Shown here: piece after piece, positions 57,472-64,000 of the stretch | Numbering within the stretch: position 1 is the first letter of the stretch | Layout of the letters: the number at the start of each line of letters is the position of its first letter | NCBI GenBank assembly: GCA_001782035.1 | Contig: MFNL01000002.1 | Coordinates: forward strand, 60,865 to 124,864 | Reading direction: 5' to 3' | Source: Candidatus Levybacteria bacterium RIFCSPHIGHO2_01_FULL_37_17 | GTDB taxonomy: Bacteria; Patescibacteriota; Microgenomatia; Levybacterales; UBA12049 | DNA length: 64,000 bases | Notes under the pieces: generated by a model | Database searches by the model: none | Told to the model about the DNA's origin: nothing | The model's input: only the letters and a program-made list of their open reading frames with translations | Translations under genes and position numbers: made by a program

Positions 57472-57500
57472 TTGACAAACCTATAGTTGTGTGATACAAT
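57472..57500 (+). promoter_or_regulatory. extended -10 promoter: TTGACA-N17-(TGa)TACAAT
   Basis: TTGACA at 57472-57477, TG at 57492-57493, TACAAT at 57495-57500. Confidence 0.5.
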
Positions 57501-57510
57501 GCCTCCTAGA

Positions 57511-57554
57511 TCCTAAGGTATGTCCTTCCAAATACATACGTTAGGATTTTTTTT
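57511..57554 (+). terminator. intrinsic terminator-like hairpin plus U-tract at the 5' end of the leader
   Basis: tcctaaggtatgt-ccttccaaat-acatacgttagga (13-bp stem with one G.G mismatch) followed by tttttttt. Confidence 0.5.
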
Positions 57555-57576
57555 GGGCAAAAACGCCCTCATTAAT

Positions 57577-58128
57577 ATGAAAAGAATACTGCTCGCATTT
57601 CTTGCGGCAATAATCTTAACATTTCCAAATACAACCTTTGCGCAGGAAAAGGCTTCTGCCTCATCTGCAAAGATTGTTTCAAAAATTGAAGTAAGCTCCG
57701 TATTTGATAACCGTGTTCAAATACTTAGAGCATATCTTTTACAAAGAAATTCTCCGCTTGCCTATAACGCTTCTGATTTTATAAATTACGCAGACGAACA
57801 CAGCCTGGACTGGAGATTAGTTGCCGCAATTGCAGGAGTAGAATCTTCTTATGGTCTGGCTATTCCATACAATTCCTATAATGCATGGGGATGGGGAGTT
57901 TATGGAGATAATGTAATTAGATTTGCTTCTTGGAAAGAAGGAATATACACCATTTCCGAAGGTCTTAGAAATAAGTACATGAATAAATGGGGCGCTTCAA
58001 ATGTATACGAGATTGGAAGAATGTACGCTTCTTCGGCAGCGTGGCCAAACAGCGTAAATATACACTTAAATGAGATACAAAAATTTACACTTAGGGACAC
58101 CAAAAGCTCACTTCCGCTTTCTTTCTAA
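57577..58128 (+). CDS. secreted glucosaminidase-like (GH73/FlgJ-like) peptidoglycan hydrolase, paralogue 2
   Basis: Signal peptide MKRILLAFLAAIILTF; LDWRLVAAIAGVESSYG...NAWGWGVYG is paralogous to 56881..57456. Confidence 0.45.
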   Translation: MKRILLAFLAAIILTFPNTTFAQEKASASSAKIVSKIEVSSVFDNRVQILRAYLLQRNSPLAYNASDFINYADEHSLDWRLVAAIAGVESSYGLAIPYNSYNAWGWGVYGDNVIRFASWKEGIYTISEGLRNKYMNKWGASNVYEIGRMYASSAAWPNSVNIHLNEIQKFTLRDTKSSLPLSF

Positions 58129-58161
58129 TTGAGCTATAATGTACGCATCTCTTCGCGATGC

Positions 58162-58247
58162 GCGGACGTGGTGAAACGGCAGACACGCAAGGTTTAGGAC
58201 CTTGTGCCCGCAAGGGCGTGGGGGTTCAACTCCCTTCGTCCGCACCA
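58162..58247 (+). tRNA. tRNA-Leu (TAG), class II, CCA encoded
   Basis: GCGGACGTGGTGAAACGGCAGACACGCAAGGTTTAGGACCTTGTGCCCGCAAGGGCGTGGGGGTTCAACTCCCTTCGTCCGCACCA. Confidence 0.85.
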
Positions 58248-58252
58248 AAACT

Positions 58253-59086
58253 ATGAAGACAACATCACAAATAAAAAGAGAGCAAGATGGAACAATTGAA
58301 CTTACAATAGTTGTCCCTTGGCTTGGAATAAAACAAACAAAAGATGAAGTTATTGCTGATCACGCAAAGGAAGCTGATCTTGCAGGCTTTAGGAAAGGCA
58401 TGGCGCCATTGGATTTAGTTGAAAAAAGTCTAGACAAAGGACACATTAGAGAAGACATTCTTCGCAAAATCCTTCCTGCCGCATATGCTGATGCAGTAAA
58501 GACAAACGCAATTAATCCGATAGTTTCTCCAAGAGTCCGTGTCCAAAAAATCGAAGACGAGAAGGACTGGGAAATCGTAGCTCTTACTTGTGAGATGCCT
58601 AAAATTGAGTTGGGCAACTACAAAGAAGAAGTTGAAAAAGTTACCGCTAAATCAAAAATTTTAATCCCAGGAAAGGAAAGAGAAACAGTTAGTTTTGATG
58701 AAATATCAAAAGCACTTCTTGAAAGCGTAAGGCTTACTGTGCCAAAAGTAATTCTTGAGCAAGAAACAGAGAGACTTCTTGCTCAAACCTTAGATGAGAT
58801 AAAAAGACTGGGTCTAACCCTTGATCAATACCTTGCTTCAACCGGAAAAAACATAGAGGCACTAAAAGCAGACTATGCTAAAAAAGCTGAATCGGATATA
58901 AAAATAGAGTTTACTTTGCAACAAATCGCAAGCGAGCAAAACATTAAAGTCGAGGAAAGCGAAATTGAGGAAGCAATTAAGGCTGCAAAAACAGATGAAG
59001 AAAGAAAAAATCTTACAAATAATAAATATCTCGTAGCAAGTATTATAAGGCAACAAAAAACGCTTGATTTCCTACGTAACTTGTGA
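58253..59086 (+). CDS. tig: trigger factor, short form (N-terminal ribosome-binding plus C-terminal arm domains; no PPIase domain evident)
   Basis: GFRKGMAPLDLVEKSL matches the TF N-domain hallmark (GFRKGK.P). About 278 aa. The ATG lies 5 nt after the tRNA-Leu CCA. Confidence 0.6.
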   Translation: MKTTSQIKREQDGTIELTIVVPWLGIKQTKDEVIADHAKEADLAGFRKGMAPLDLVEKSLDKGHIREDILRKILPAAYADAVKTNAINPIVSPRVRVQKIEDEKDWEIVALTCEMPKIELGNYKEEVEKVTAKSKILIPGKERETVSFDEISKALLESVRLTVPKVILEQETERLLAQTLDEIKRLGLTLDQYLASTGKNIEALKADYAKKAESDIKIEFTLQQIASEQNIKVEESEIEEAIKAAKTDEERKNLTNNKYLVASIIRQQKTLDFLRNL

Positions 59087-59096
59087 TATATAAGAC

Positions 59097-59756
59097 TTGC
59101 ATATGGCATTAAAAAATCCTTTAAAAACAGTCAGAGAAAAAAACCTAGATGAAATCGGCACAGAGCTGTTGACAAGTGCTGCTAAAACTACAACCAACGA
59201 GTTAAATGAAGAATGGAAGACATTTATGAGGCAGGCTTTAGGACAAGCTGAGCAGGCTCAAAAACAAGCTCATGATGCGGAAAAACTGACCGGGGAACTA
59301 CAAGAGGGAGAAGAAATCTCTTTTGCTTCAAAGAAGGTCGAAATAAAAGAAATGAGAGTTGAGGGCGATCCGGATATGAAATACGTGGATAAAATTCTCC
59401 ATGCGGAAACAATAAGAGTAAATGCAGACAATCAGGAAATTAAGCAAAGACTTACAGAAATTCAGGTAGAACTCAAAAAAATCACCGAAAAATCCAAAGA
59501 ACTGGAAGTTCAATTTAGACAGGTTGCAGCTGAAACTATTCAAGAAAACATTAAACCAGGAAACTATCACCTGAATTTTGTAGAGTGGATGTTGTCTACT
59601 ATTCAGGCTGCACGAGTTAGAATCGAAAGTTCTGCAAACTGGATGTCAGCTTTGGCTGGAAAAAAATCAAAGAAAGACTTTTGGAGCCTTGCTAAAAAAC
59701 ACGGAACTAGCTTTAGTCTTTCTGCCGAGCGCTACATGGTTCAACAAACAGGCTAA
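59097..59756 (+). CDS. hypothetical coiled-coil protein
   Basis: 219-aa ORF, Gln/Glu/Lys-rich helical; no motif recognised. Confidence 0.35.
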   Translation: MHMALKNPLKTVREKNLDEIGTELLTSAAKTTTNELNEEWKTFMRQALGQAEQAQKQAHDAEKLTGELQEGEEISFASKKVEIKEMRVEGDPDMKYVDKILHAETIRVNADNQEIKQRLTEIQVELKKITEKSKELEVQFRQVAAETIQENIKPGNYHLNFVEWMLSTIQAARVRIESSANWMSALAGKKSKKDFWSLAKKHGTSFSLSAERYMVQQTG

Positions 59757-59826
59757 TTTACCTCTTGATATAAAATACAAACGTTGTTGTTTGAACACAC
59801 TTATTTTGCTAAAATAAACGAGTCGC

Positions 59827-59900
59827 GGGCTCGTAGCTCAGTTGGTTAGAGCGTTGCATTGACATTGCAAAGGTCAGAAGTTCGACTCTTCTCGGGCCCA
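59827..59900 (+). tRNA. tRNA-Val (GAC)
   Basis: GGGCTCGTAGCTCAGTTGGTTAGAGCGTTGCATTGACATTGCAAAGGTCAGAAGTTCGACTCTTCTCGGGCCCA. Confidence 0.85.
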
Positions 59901-59905
59901 CACAA

Positions 59906-60133
59906 ATGAAAAAAATATTTTTGACCTGGAATCTACCTGAATATAAAGAATGGGCCACTCCTACAGATGGTGGTTATGAACTTTACATTATCCGAAAAGA
60001 ACCAGATAATTTCCTCGTGGTAAAAGCAAAACTAATAATTGAAGCGAGGGGCTTACCAGGTTTTAAAGTTTTAGAAGAACACAATCTTTCTGATGAAAAA
60101 TCCGCTTTAAGAAAAGTGCAGGAATGGAGATAG
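59906..60133 (+). CDS. hypothetical small protein
   Basis: 75-aa ORF whose ATG lies 5 nt after the tRNA-Val 3' end. Confidence 0.3.
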   Translation: MKKIFLTWNLPEYKEWATPTDGGYELYIIRKEPDNFLVVKAKLIIEARGLPGFKVLEEHNLSDEKSALRKVQEWR

Positions 60134-60168
60134 TTGTAACCCTTACTAAAGTAGGGTAATGTGATTAT

Positions 60169-60786
60169 ATGGCAATTGAAACGATTAATGCAGAAGAAGA
60201 AAAAAGGAAACTGCTTTGGCTCAAGGATTTAAGCGAGTTTATTGTCGAAGCTAACCTGGCGACATGGGCGGGAGAAGGAAAAGAAGTTGAGCAACCCCAA
60301 AGACCAGGTTATAAAGAGCTTGAATATCCTCCCCAAAAAGAACCTGGAATAATTCCGCAAAAGGGATTTTACCTTAGAGACAGTTATACAAAATACTTCA
60401 GAGCTCCAGGTATGACGACCATTTACTATAATGGAGAACCTGCATGGGCAATGTCATATGGGGGAACCGGAATGGTGCCTGGATATGAGCTTAGGGCACA
60501 AGAAGTTTTTACTTTTCTAAAACACGCCTTGAAAGCCGTTTCTCCTCAGCTTCCATTCAGAGGACCTACTGAGTTTGGAGAAGGACGTTTAATTTACAGG
60601 TTTAATCTACTACCGAATACTGATGGAAATCTAGGTAATCTCGAAGATGCTTTATGGCAGGAAAAAATATTTGAACAAGGAATAGGAGATCGTCCTGACA
60701 TCCTTTTATTTACACAAACGGGAATTGCGGGAGTTGCAATAGGCAAGGGCGAGCATACAACAGCAATAAAACCTTGGAATTTATGA
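60169..60786 (+). CDS. hypothetical protein (possibly DUF5680-like)
   Basis: WAGEGKEV...YFRAPGMTTIYYNGEPAWAMSYGGTGM segment; family assignment from memory only. Confidence 0.3.
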   Translation: MAIETINAEEEKRKLLWLKDLSEFIVEANLATWAGEGKEVEQPQRPGYKELEYPPQKEPGIIPQKGFYLRDSYTKYFRAPGMTTIYYNGEPAWAMSYGGTGMVPGYELRAQEVFTFLKHALKAVSPQLPFRGPTEFGEGRLIYRFNLLPNTDGNLGNLEDALWQEKIFEQGIGDRPDILLFTQTGIAGVAIGKGEHTTAIKPWNL

Positions 60787-61352
60787 CAAGAGACGAGGCC
60801 TACAATTTGCTTTCGCAGCACATAGTCAATCAAAATTTAATAAAGCATATGCTTGCTACGGAGGCTGTCATGCGGGCGCTTTGCAAAAGGCTGCTGCAAA
60901 ATCCCAGCGTACAAGTTTTGGATAATTGGGGATTAGTTGGGTTACTGCATGACTTGGATTATGAAATGGCTAAGGAAGCTCCGGAAAAACACGGACTAAT
61001 TTCTAAAGATTTATTAACTGGTAAAATTAGCGAACCACAAATTTATGCGATTATGGCTCACAATTCAAAGTATACAAAAGTGGAGCCTAAATCAGCACTT
61101 GATTGGAGCATCGCATGTTGTGACGAGCTCACTGGCTTAATCGTTGCATCTGCTCTTATTCATCCAGATAAAAAACTTTCTTCCATAAATGCGGAATTCG
61201 TTATGAAAAGATTTAGAGAAAAAAATTTTGCAAAAGGGGCAAACAGAAAATCTATCGAGAGATGCAAAGAAAAACTCGGAATTGAGCTTGAGGAATTTAT
61301 TGAAATTAACCTTGAGGCGATGCAGGAAATTGCACCAATTCTTGGACTCTGA
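60774..61352 (+). CDS. HD-domain phosphohydrolase
   Basis: H...HD motif (VGLLHDLDYE) and later metal-binding His (IMAHNSKY). Confidence 0.6.
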   Translation: MEFMTRDEAYNLLSQHIVNQNLIKHMLATEAVMRALCKRLLQNPSVQVLDNWGLVGLLHDLDYEMAKEAPEKHGLISKDLLTGKISEPQIYAIMAHNSKYTKVEPKSALDWSIACCDELTGLIVASALIHPDKKLSSINAEFVMKRFREKNFAKGANRKSIERCKEKLGIELEEFIEINLEAMQEIAPILGL

Positions 61353-61364
61353 TAAGCTTAATAT

Positions 61365-61586
61365 ATGGAAAAACACGAAGGACTTCATAAAAACAAAAAA
61401 GAAATTTTTATAAATAATTTTATCGGCGGAATATCCTGGGGACTGGGAGCAACAGTCGGACTTGCAGTTGTTTTGACTACCTTAGGAATAATTATAAAAA
61501 ATGTTAATCTAGTGCCGTTTGTTGGAAGTTTTGTTGCAGATGTAATAAAATTCGTTCTTTCTAAAAACCCCGAGCTTCTCAGATAA
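61365..61586 (+). CDS. small membrane protein, hypothetical
   Basis: 73 aa with one or two TM helices (GGISWGLGATVGLAVVLTTLGII). Confidence 0.3.
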   Translation: MEKHEGLHKNKKEIFINNFIGGISWGLGATVGLAVVLTTLGIIIKNVNLVPFVGSFVADVIKFVLSKNPELLR

Positions 61587-61607
61587 ATTTTGTGATAAAA
61601 TACGCTC

Positions 61608-62804
61608 ATGCCTAACTTAAAAGATCATAGACAAATAGGAGCTGAACTTGATTTATACTCATTCCACGATACTGCCCCGGGAGCAGTTTTTTGGCACCAC
61701 AAAGGATATTTAATCTACCGCAGCCTTCAGGATTATCTTCGCAGTGAACTTTTGTCCAACGGCTATGATGAAGTATTCACTCCCGTTATGGTAAAAAGCG
61801 ATTTATTTAAAAAGTCTGGTCACTGGGATTTTTACAGTGAGAATATATTTAAGCTGGAGCAAGAGAAAGAAATATATGCACTCAAGCCCATGAATTGCCC
61901 AGAGGCTTGTTTGATTTATGGCTCTAAAGTTAGAAGCTATCAAGAGCTCCCTATAAGGCTTGCCGACTTTGGCATTCTTCATAGAAACGAACTTTCCGGA
62001 GTATTGGGAGGCCTATTTAGAGTCAGACAATTTACAATTGATGATGCACATCACTTTGTCAGACCGGACCAAATACAAAAAGAGATAGAGGATCTTTTGG
62101 TTTTTGTAGAAAAATTTTATAAGTTATTTGGCTTTAGGTCTGAATTCATGTTGGCTACAAAACCTGATAAAGCAATGGGTGATTCAAAGCTTTGGGAAGA
62201 GGCTGAAAAGGATTTGGAGCAAGCGCTTAAAGCAGCAAAAGTAAAATATGGCATTAAAGAAAAAGACGGCGCTTTCTATGGACCTAAAATAGATATTCAT
62301 ATAAAAGATTCACAAGAAAGAGATTGGCAGCTAGCTACTATTCAGCTCGATTTCCAGATTCCTGAAAAAATGGAGCTTGAATACATAGGTAAAGATGGTA
62401 GACCAAAAAGACCGGTTATTATACATAGGGCAATTACAGGCTCTCTCGAGCGGTTTATGGGAATTTTAGTCGAGCATTATCAGGGAGGTTTTCCTTTGTG
62501 GCTTTCTCCGGTTCAGGTTGCGATACTTCCAATCACAGACGAACAATTAGGATACGCCAAAGTTGTCAAGGAAAAGCTGGAGGCGGAGAACATTAGGGCT
62601 GAAGTGGACGAACGGTCGGAAAGGCTTCAAGCTAAAATAAGAGACGCTGCTTTGCAAAAAATTCCGTATTTGGCTATAATAGGCAAGTCTGAATTTGAGT
62701 CAAAGAGTGTTTCGATAAGAACACGCGAGGGAAAAGACTTGGGTAAGCTTGAATTGACTAAATTTATTCAAAAAATAAAAGAGGAAATTGATAAAAAGGT
62801 ATAA
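61608..62804 (+). CDS. thrS: threonine--tRNA ligase, catalytic core plus anticodon-binding domain only (no TGS/N2 editing domains)
   Basis: Begins at the position equivalent to E. coli ThrRS residue ~240 (KDHRQIGAELDLY). Class II motifs (FRVRQFTIDDAHHF, GPKIDI, HRAITGSLERF) and a C-terminal anticodon-binding domain. Confidence 0.85.
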   Translation: MPNLKDHRQIGAELDLYSFHDTAPGAVFWHHKGYLIYRSLQDYLRSELLSNGYDEVFTPVMVKSDLFKKSGHWDFYSENIFKLEQEKEIYALKPMNCPEACLIYGSKVRSYQELPIRLADFGILHRNELSGVLGGLFRVRQFTIDDAHHFVRPDQIQKEIEDLLVFVEKFYKLFGFRSEFMLATKPDKAMGDSKLWEEAEKDLEQALKAAKVKYGIKEKDGAFYGPKIDIHIKDSQERDWQLATIQLDFQIPEKMELEYIGKDGRPKRPVIIHRAITGSLERFMGILVEHYQGGFPLWLSPVQVAILPITDEQLGYAKVVKEKLEAENIRAEVDERSERLQAKIRDAALQKIPYLAIIGKSEFESKSVSIRTREGKDLGKLELTKFIQKIKEEIDKKV

Positions 62805-63363
62805 TCAAAAGAAGGATAGTAAGTTCTATAGAGTTAACGAGCGTATATTTGCCAATTCCTTAAGGGTGATTGACGCGCAAGGAAAGCAAATCGGCGTAAT
62901 GACAAAAGTCGCCGCGCTTGCACTCGCAAAGCAAAATTTATCGGACTTAGTTGAAATCGCACCAAGGGCTAATCCTCCGGTTGCAAAAATAATAAATTAT
63001 AAAAAGTTTTTGTATCAGGAGGAAAAGAAAAAACGGGAGGAAAAACGAAAGACAAAGTCAACTGAAACTAAAGAGGTCCGCTTAGGCCCGTTTATGAGCG
63101 AGAACGACCTTGCGGTGATGACAAAAAGAACCCGAGACTTTTTACAAGATGGTAACAAGGTGAGGCTGGTGGTCTATTTCAGCGGTCGTCAAATTACGCA
63201 TCCTGAATTTGGACACAAAGTTTTGGACGGGGTAATTGAAAAATTAAGCGATACATCAAAAGTGGACAGAGAGAAAAGACTTGAAGGAAGAAAGTTGATT
63301 ACAGTACTTTCCCCTGAAAAGCAAAAATCAAATGAAAAAGAAAATAAAAAAATCAGTAGCTAG
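62788..63363 (+). CDS. infC: translation initiation factor IF-3
   Basis: INERIFANSLRVIDAQGKQIGVM...EVRLGPFMSENDL...VRLVVYFSGRQITHPEFG; conserved thrS-infC-rpmI-rplT order. Confidence 0.8.
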   Translation: MIKRYNQKKDSKFYRVNERIFANSLRVIDAQGKQIGVMTKVAALALAKQNLSDLVEIAPRANPPVAKIINYKKFLYQEEKKKREEKRKTKSTETKEVRLGPFMSENDLAVMTKRTRDFLQDGNKVRLVVYFSGRQITHPEFGHKVLDGVIEKLSDTSKVDREKRLEGRKLITVLSPEKQKSNEKENKKISS

Positions 63364-63526
63364 AAGATTTAAGGTCACCAAAACAGGTAAGGTTTTGTTC
63401 GGTCACCAATACGGAAGTCATAAGAAACTTAACAAAAGAAAATCGCGAATTAGAAGACAAAAAGAACCGGGAGTTTTAAAAGGAACGTTTGCAAAAAAAA
63501 TTAAAAAAATGTTAGGAGAAGCATGA
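63332..63526 (+). CDS. rpmI: 50S ribosomal protein L35
   Basis: MKKKIKKSVARRFKVTKTGKVLFGHQYGSHKKLNKRKSRIRRQ. Confidence 0.85.
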   Translation: MKKKIKKSVARRFKVTKTGKVLFGHQYGSHKKLNKRKSRIRRQKEPGVLKGTFAKKIKKMLGEA

Positions 63527-63864
63527 GAGTTAAAAGAGGAATAGTTTCGAGAAGAAAACACAATAAACTAGCTGAACAAACCCGCGGGTATAGGGGCACC
63601 AAACACAGACTTGTTAAAACAGCCAAGGAGGCTCTTTTGCATGCAGGTGCATATGCGTATCATGGACGAAAGATTAAAAAGCGGGACATTAGAGCTTTGT
63701 GGATTACAAGAATCGGAGAAGCGGCAAAATTGCAAGGGATTTCTTACAGTGCTCTAATAAACAAGCTTAAAAATGACAAGATTGAGCTCGACAGAAAAAT
63801 TTTGGCAGATTTAGTAGTTAATGATCCGGAAACTTTCAAAAAAATAGTCACCTCTGTAAAATAG
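63523..63864 (+). CDS. rplT: 50S ribosomal protein L20
   Basis: MRVKRGIVSRRKHNKLAEQTRGYRGTKHRLVKTAKEALLHAGAYAYHGRKIKKRDIRALWITRI. Confidence 0.9.
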   Translation: MRVKRGIVSRRKHNKLAEQTRGYRGTKHRLVKTAKEALLHAGAYAYHGRKIKKRDIRALWITRIGEAAKLQGISYSALINKLKNDKIELDRKILADLVVNDPETFKKIVTSVK

Positions 63865-63924
63865 CTCTCCCATGAGTAAAAGTTAGTAATGAAATATAGC
63901 CTCTAATTTGATATCCTTATCTAA

Positions 63925-64000
63925 TGGAAGAAGAACTAATAGGAATTAAGAATGCCGCGCTGTCCTTTATCCTAGAGGCTGAGTCGCTTGAGAGCATTGA
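63925..64000 (+). CDS. possible 5' end of the phenylalanine--tRNA ligase alpha subunit (partial)
   Basis: MEEELIGIKNAALSFILEAESLESI is helical like the PheS N-terminus; pheS classically follows rplT. Only 25 codons lie in the window. Confidence 0.3.

Noticed and set aside
58128-58161. 6-bp stem hairpin (cgcatc-tcttcgc-gatgcg) after the second glucosaminidase gene
   Set aside because: There is no U-tract, and it abuts the tRNA-Leu(TAG) 5' end. That is insufficient for a terminator call.
1-64000. CRISPR arrays or other regularly spaced short repeats
   Set aside because: No run of evenly spaced identical repeats was found anywhere in the window.

Overview
This window is 64 kb of low-GC (about 33-38%) bacterial chromosome. 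The ORF track is near-saturated and predicted proteins are lysine-, isoleucine- and asparagine-rich. Gene content is that of a small-genome organism (inference: Patescibacteria/CPR-like, based on the domain-truncated ThrRS, trigger factor and UvrC). It contains housekeeping genes: dnaE (5' part), gatCAB, murT/gatD, htpX-lemA, pyrG, rplS, eno, ppsA, pgi/pgm, obg, secG, rnhB, and the thrS-infC-rpmI-rplT operon. It also contains an unusually complete DNA-repair set: uvrB divergent from lexA, uvrA, uvrC, dinB, polX and a small GIY-YIG nuclease. There is a MacAB-type efflux module and several secreted enzymes. I fold 19 tRNA genes by eye, including a run of 11 between 51.8 and 56.1 kb. Two segments stand out from the background composition. 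The first is a roughly 2.4 kb GC-rich island (28.64-31.06 kb) that abuts the 3' end of tRNA-Glu. It carries a split HhH gene, a GlcG/DUF336-fusion protein, a small Arg-rich ORF, and internal direct repeats with an operator-like palindrome. The second is a roughly 2.5 kb GC-elevated segment (49.25-51.77 kb) that abuts the 3' end of a non-canonical tRNA-His. It encodes a NUDIX-HAD fusion protein and a DUF1905/OmdA protein. Three genes begin 2-5 nt after a co-directional tRNA 3' end, suggesting leaderless mRNAs produced by tRNA processing. A consensus promoter is followed immediately by an intrinsic terminator ahead of a peptidoglycan-hydrolase paralogue. All calls are from reading the sequence and translations; no database searches were run.
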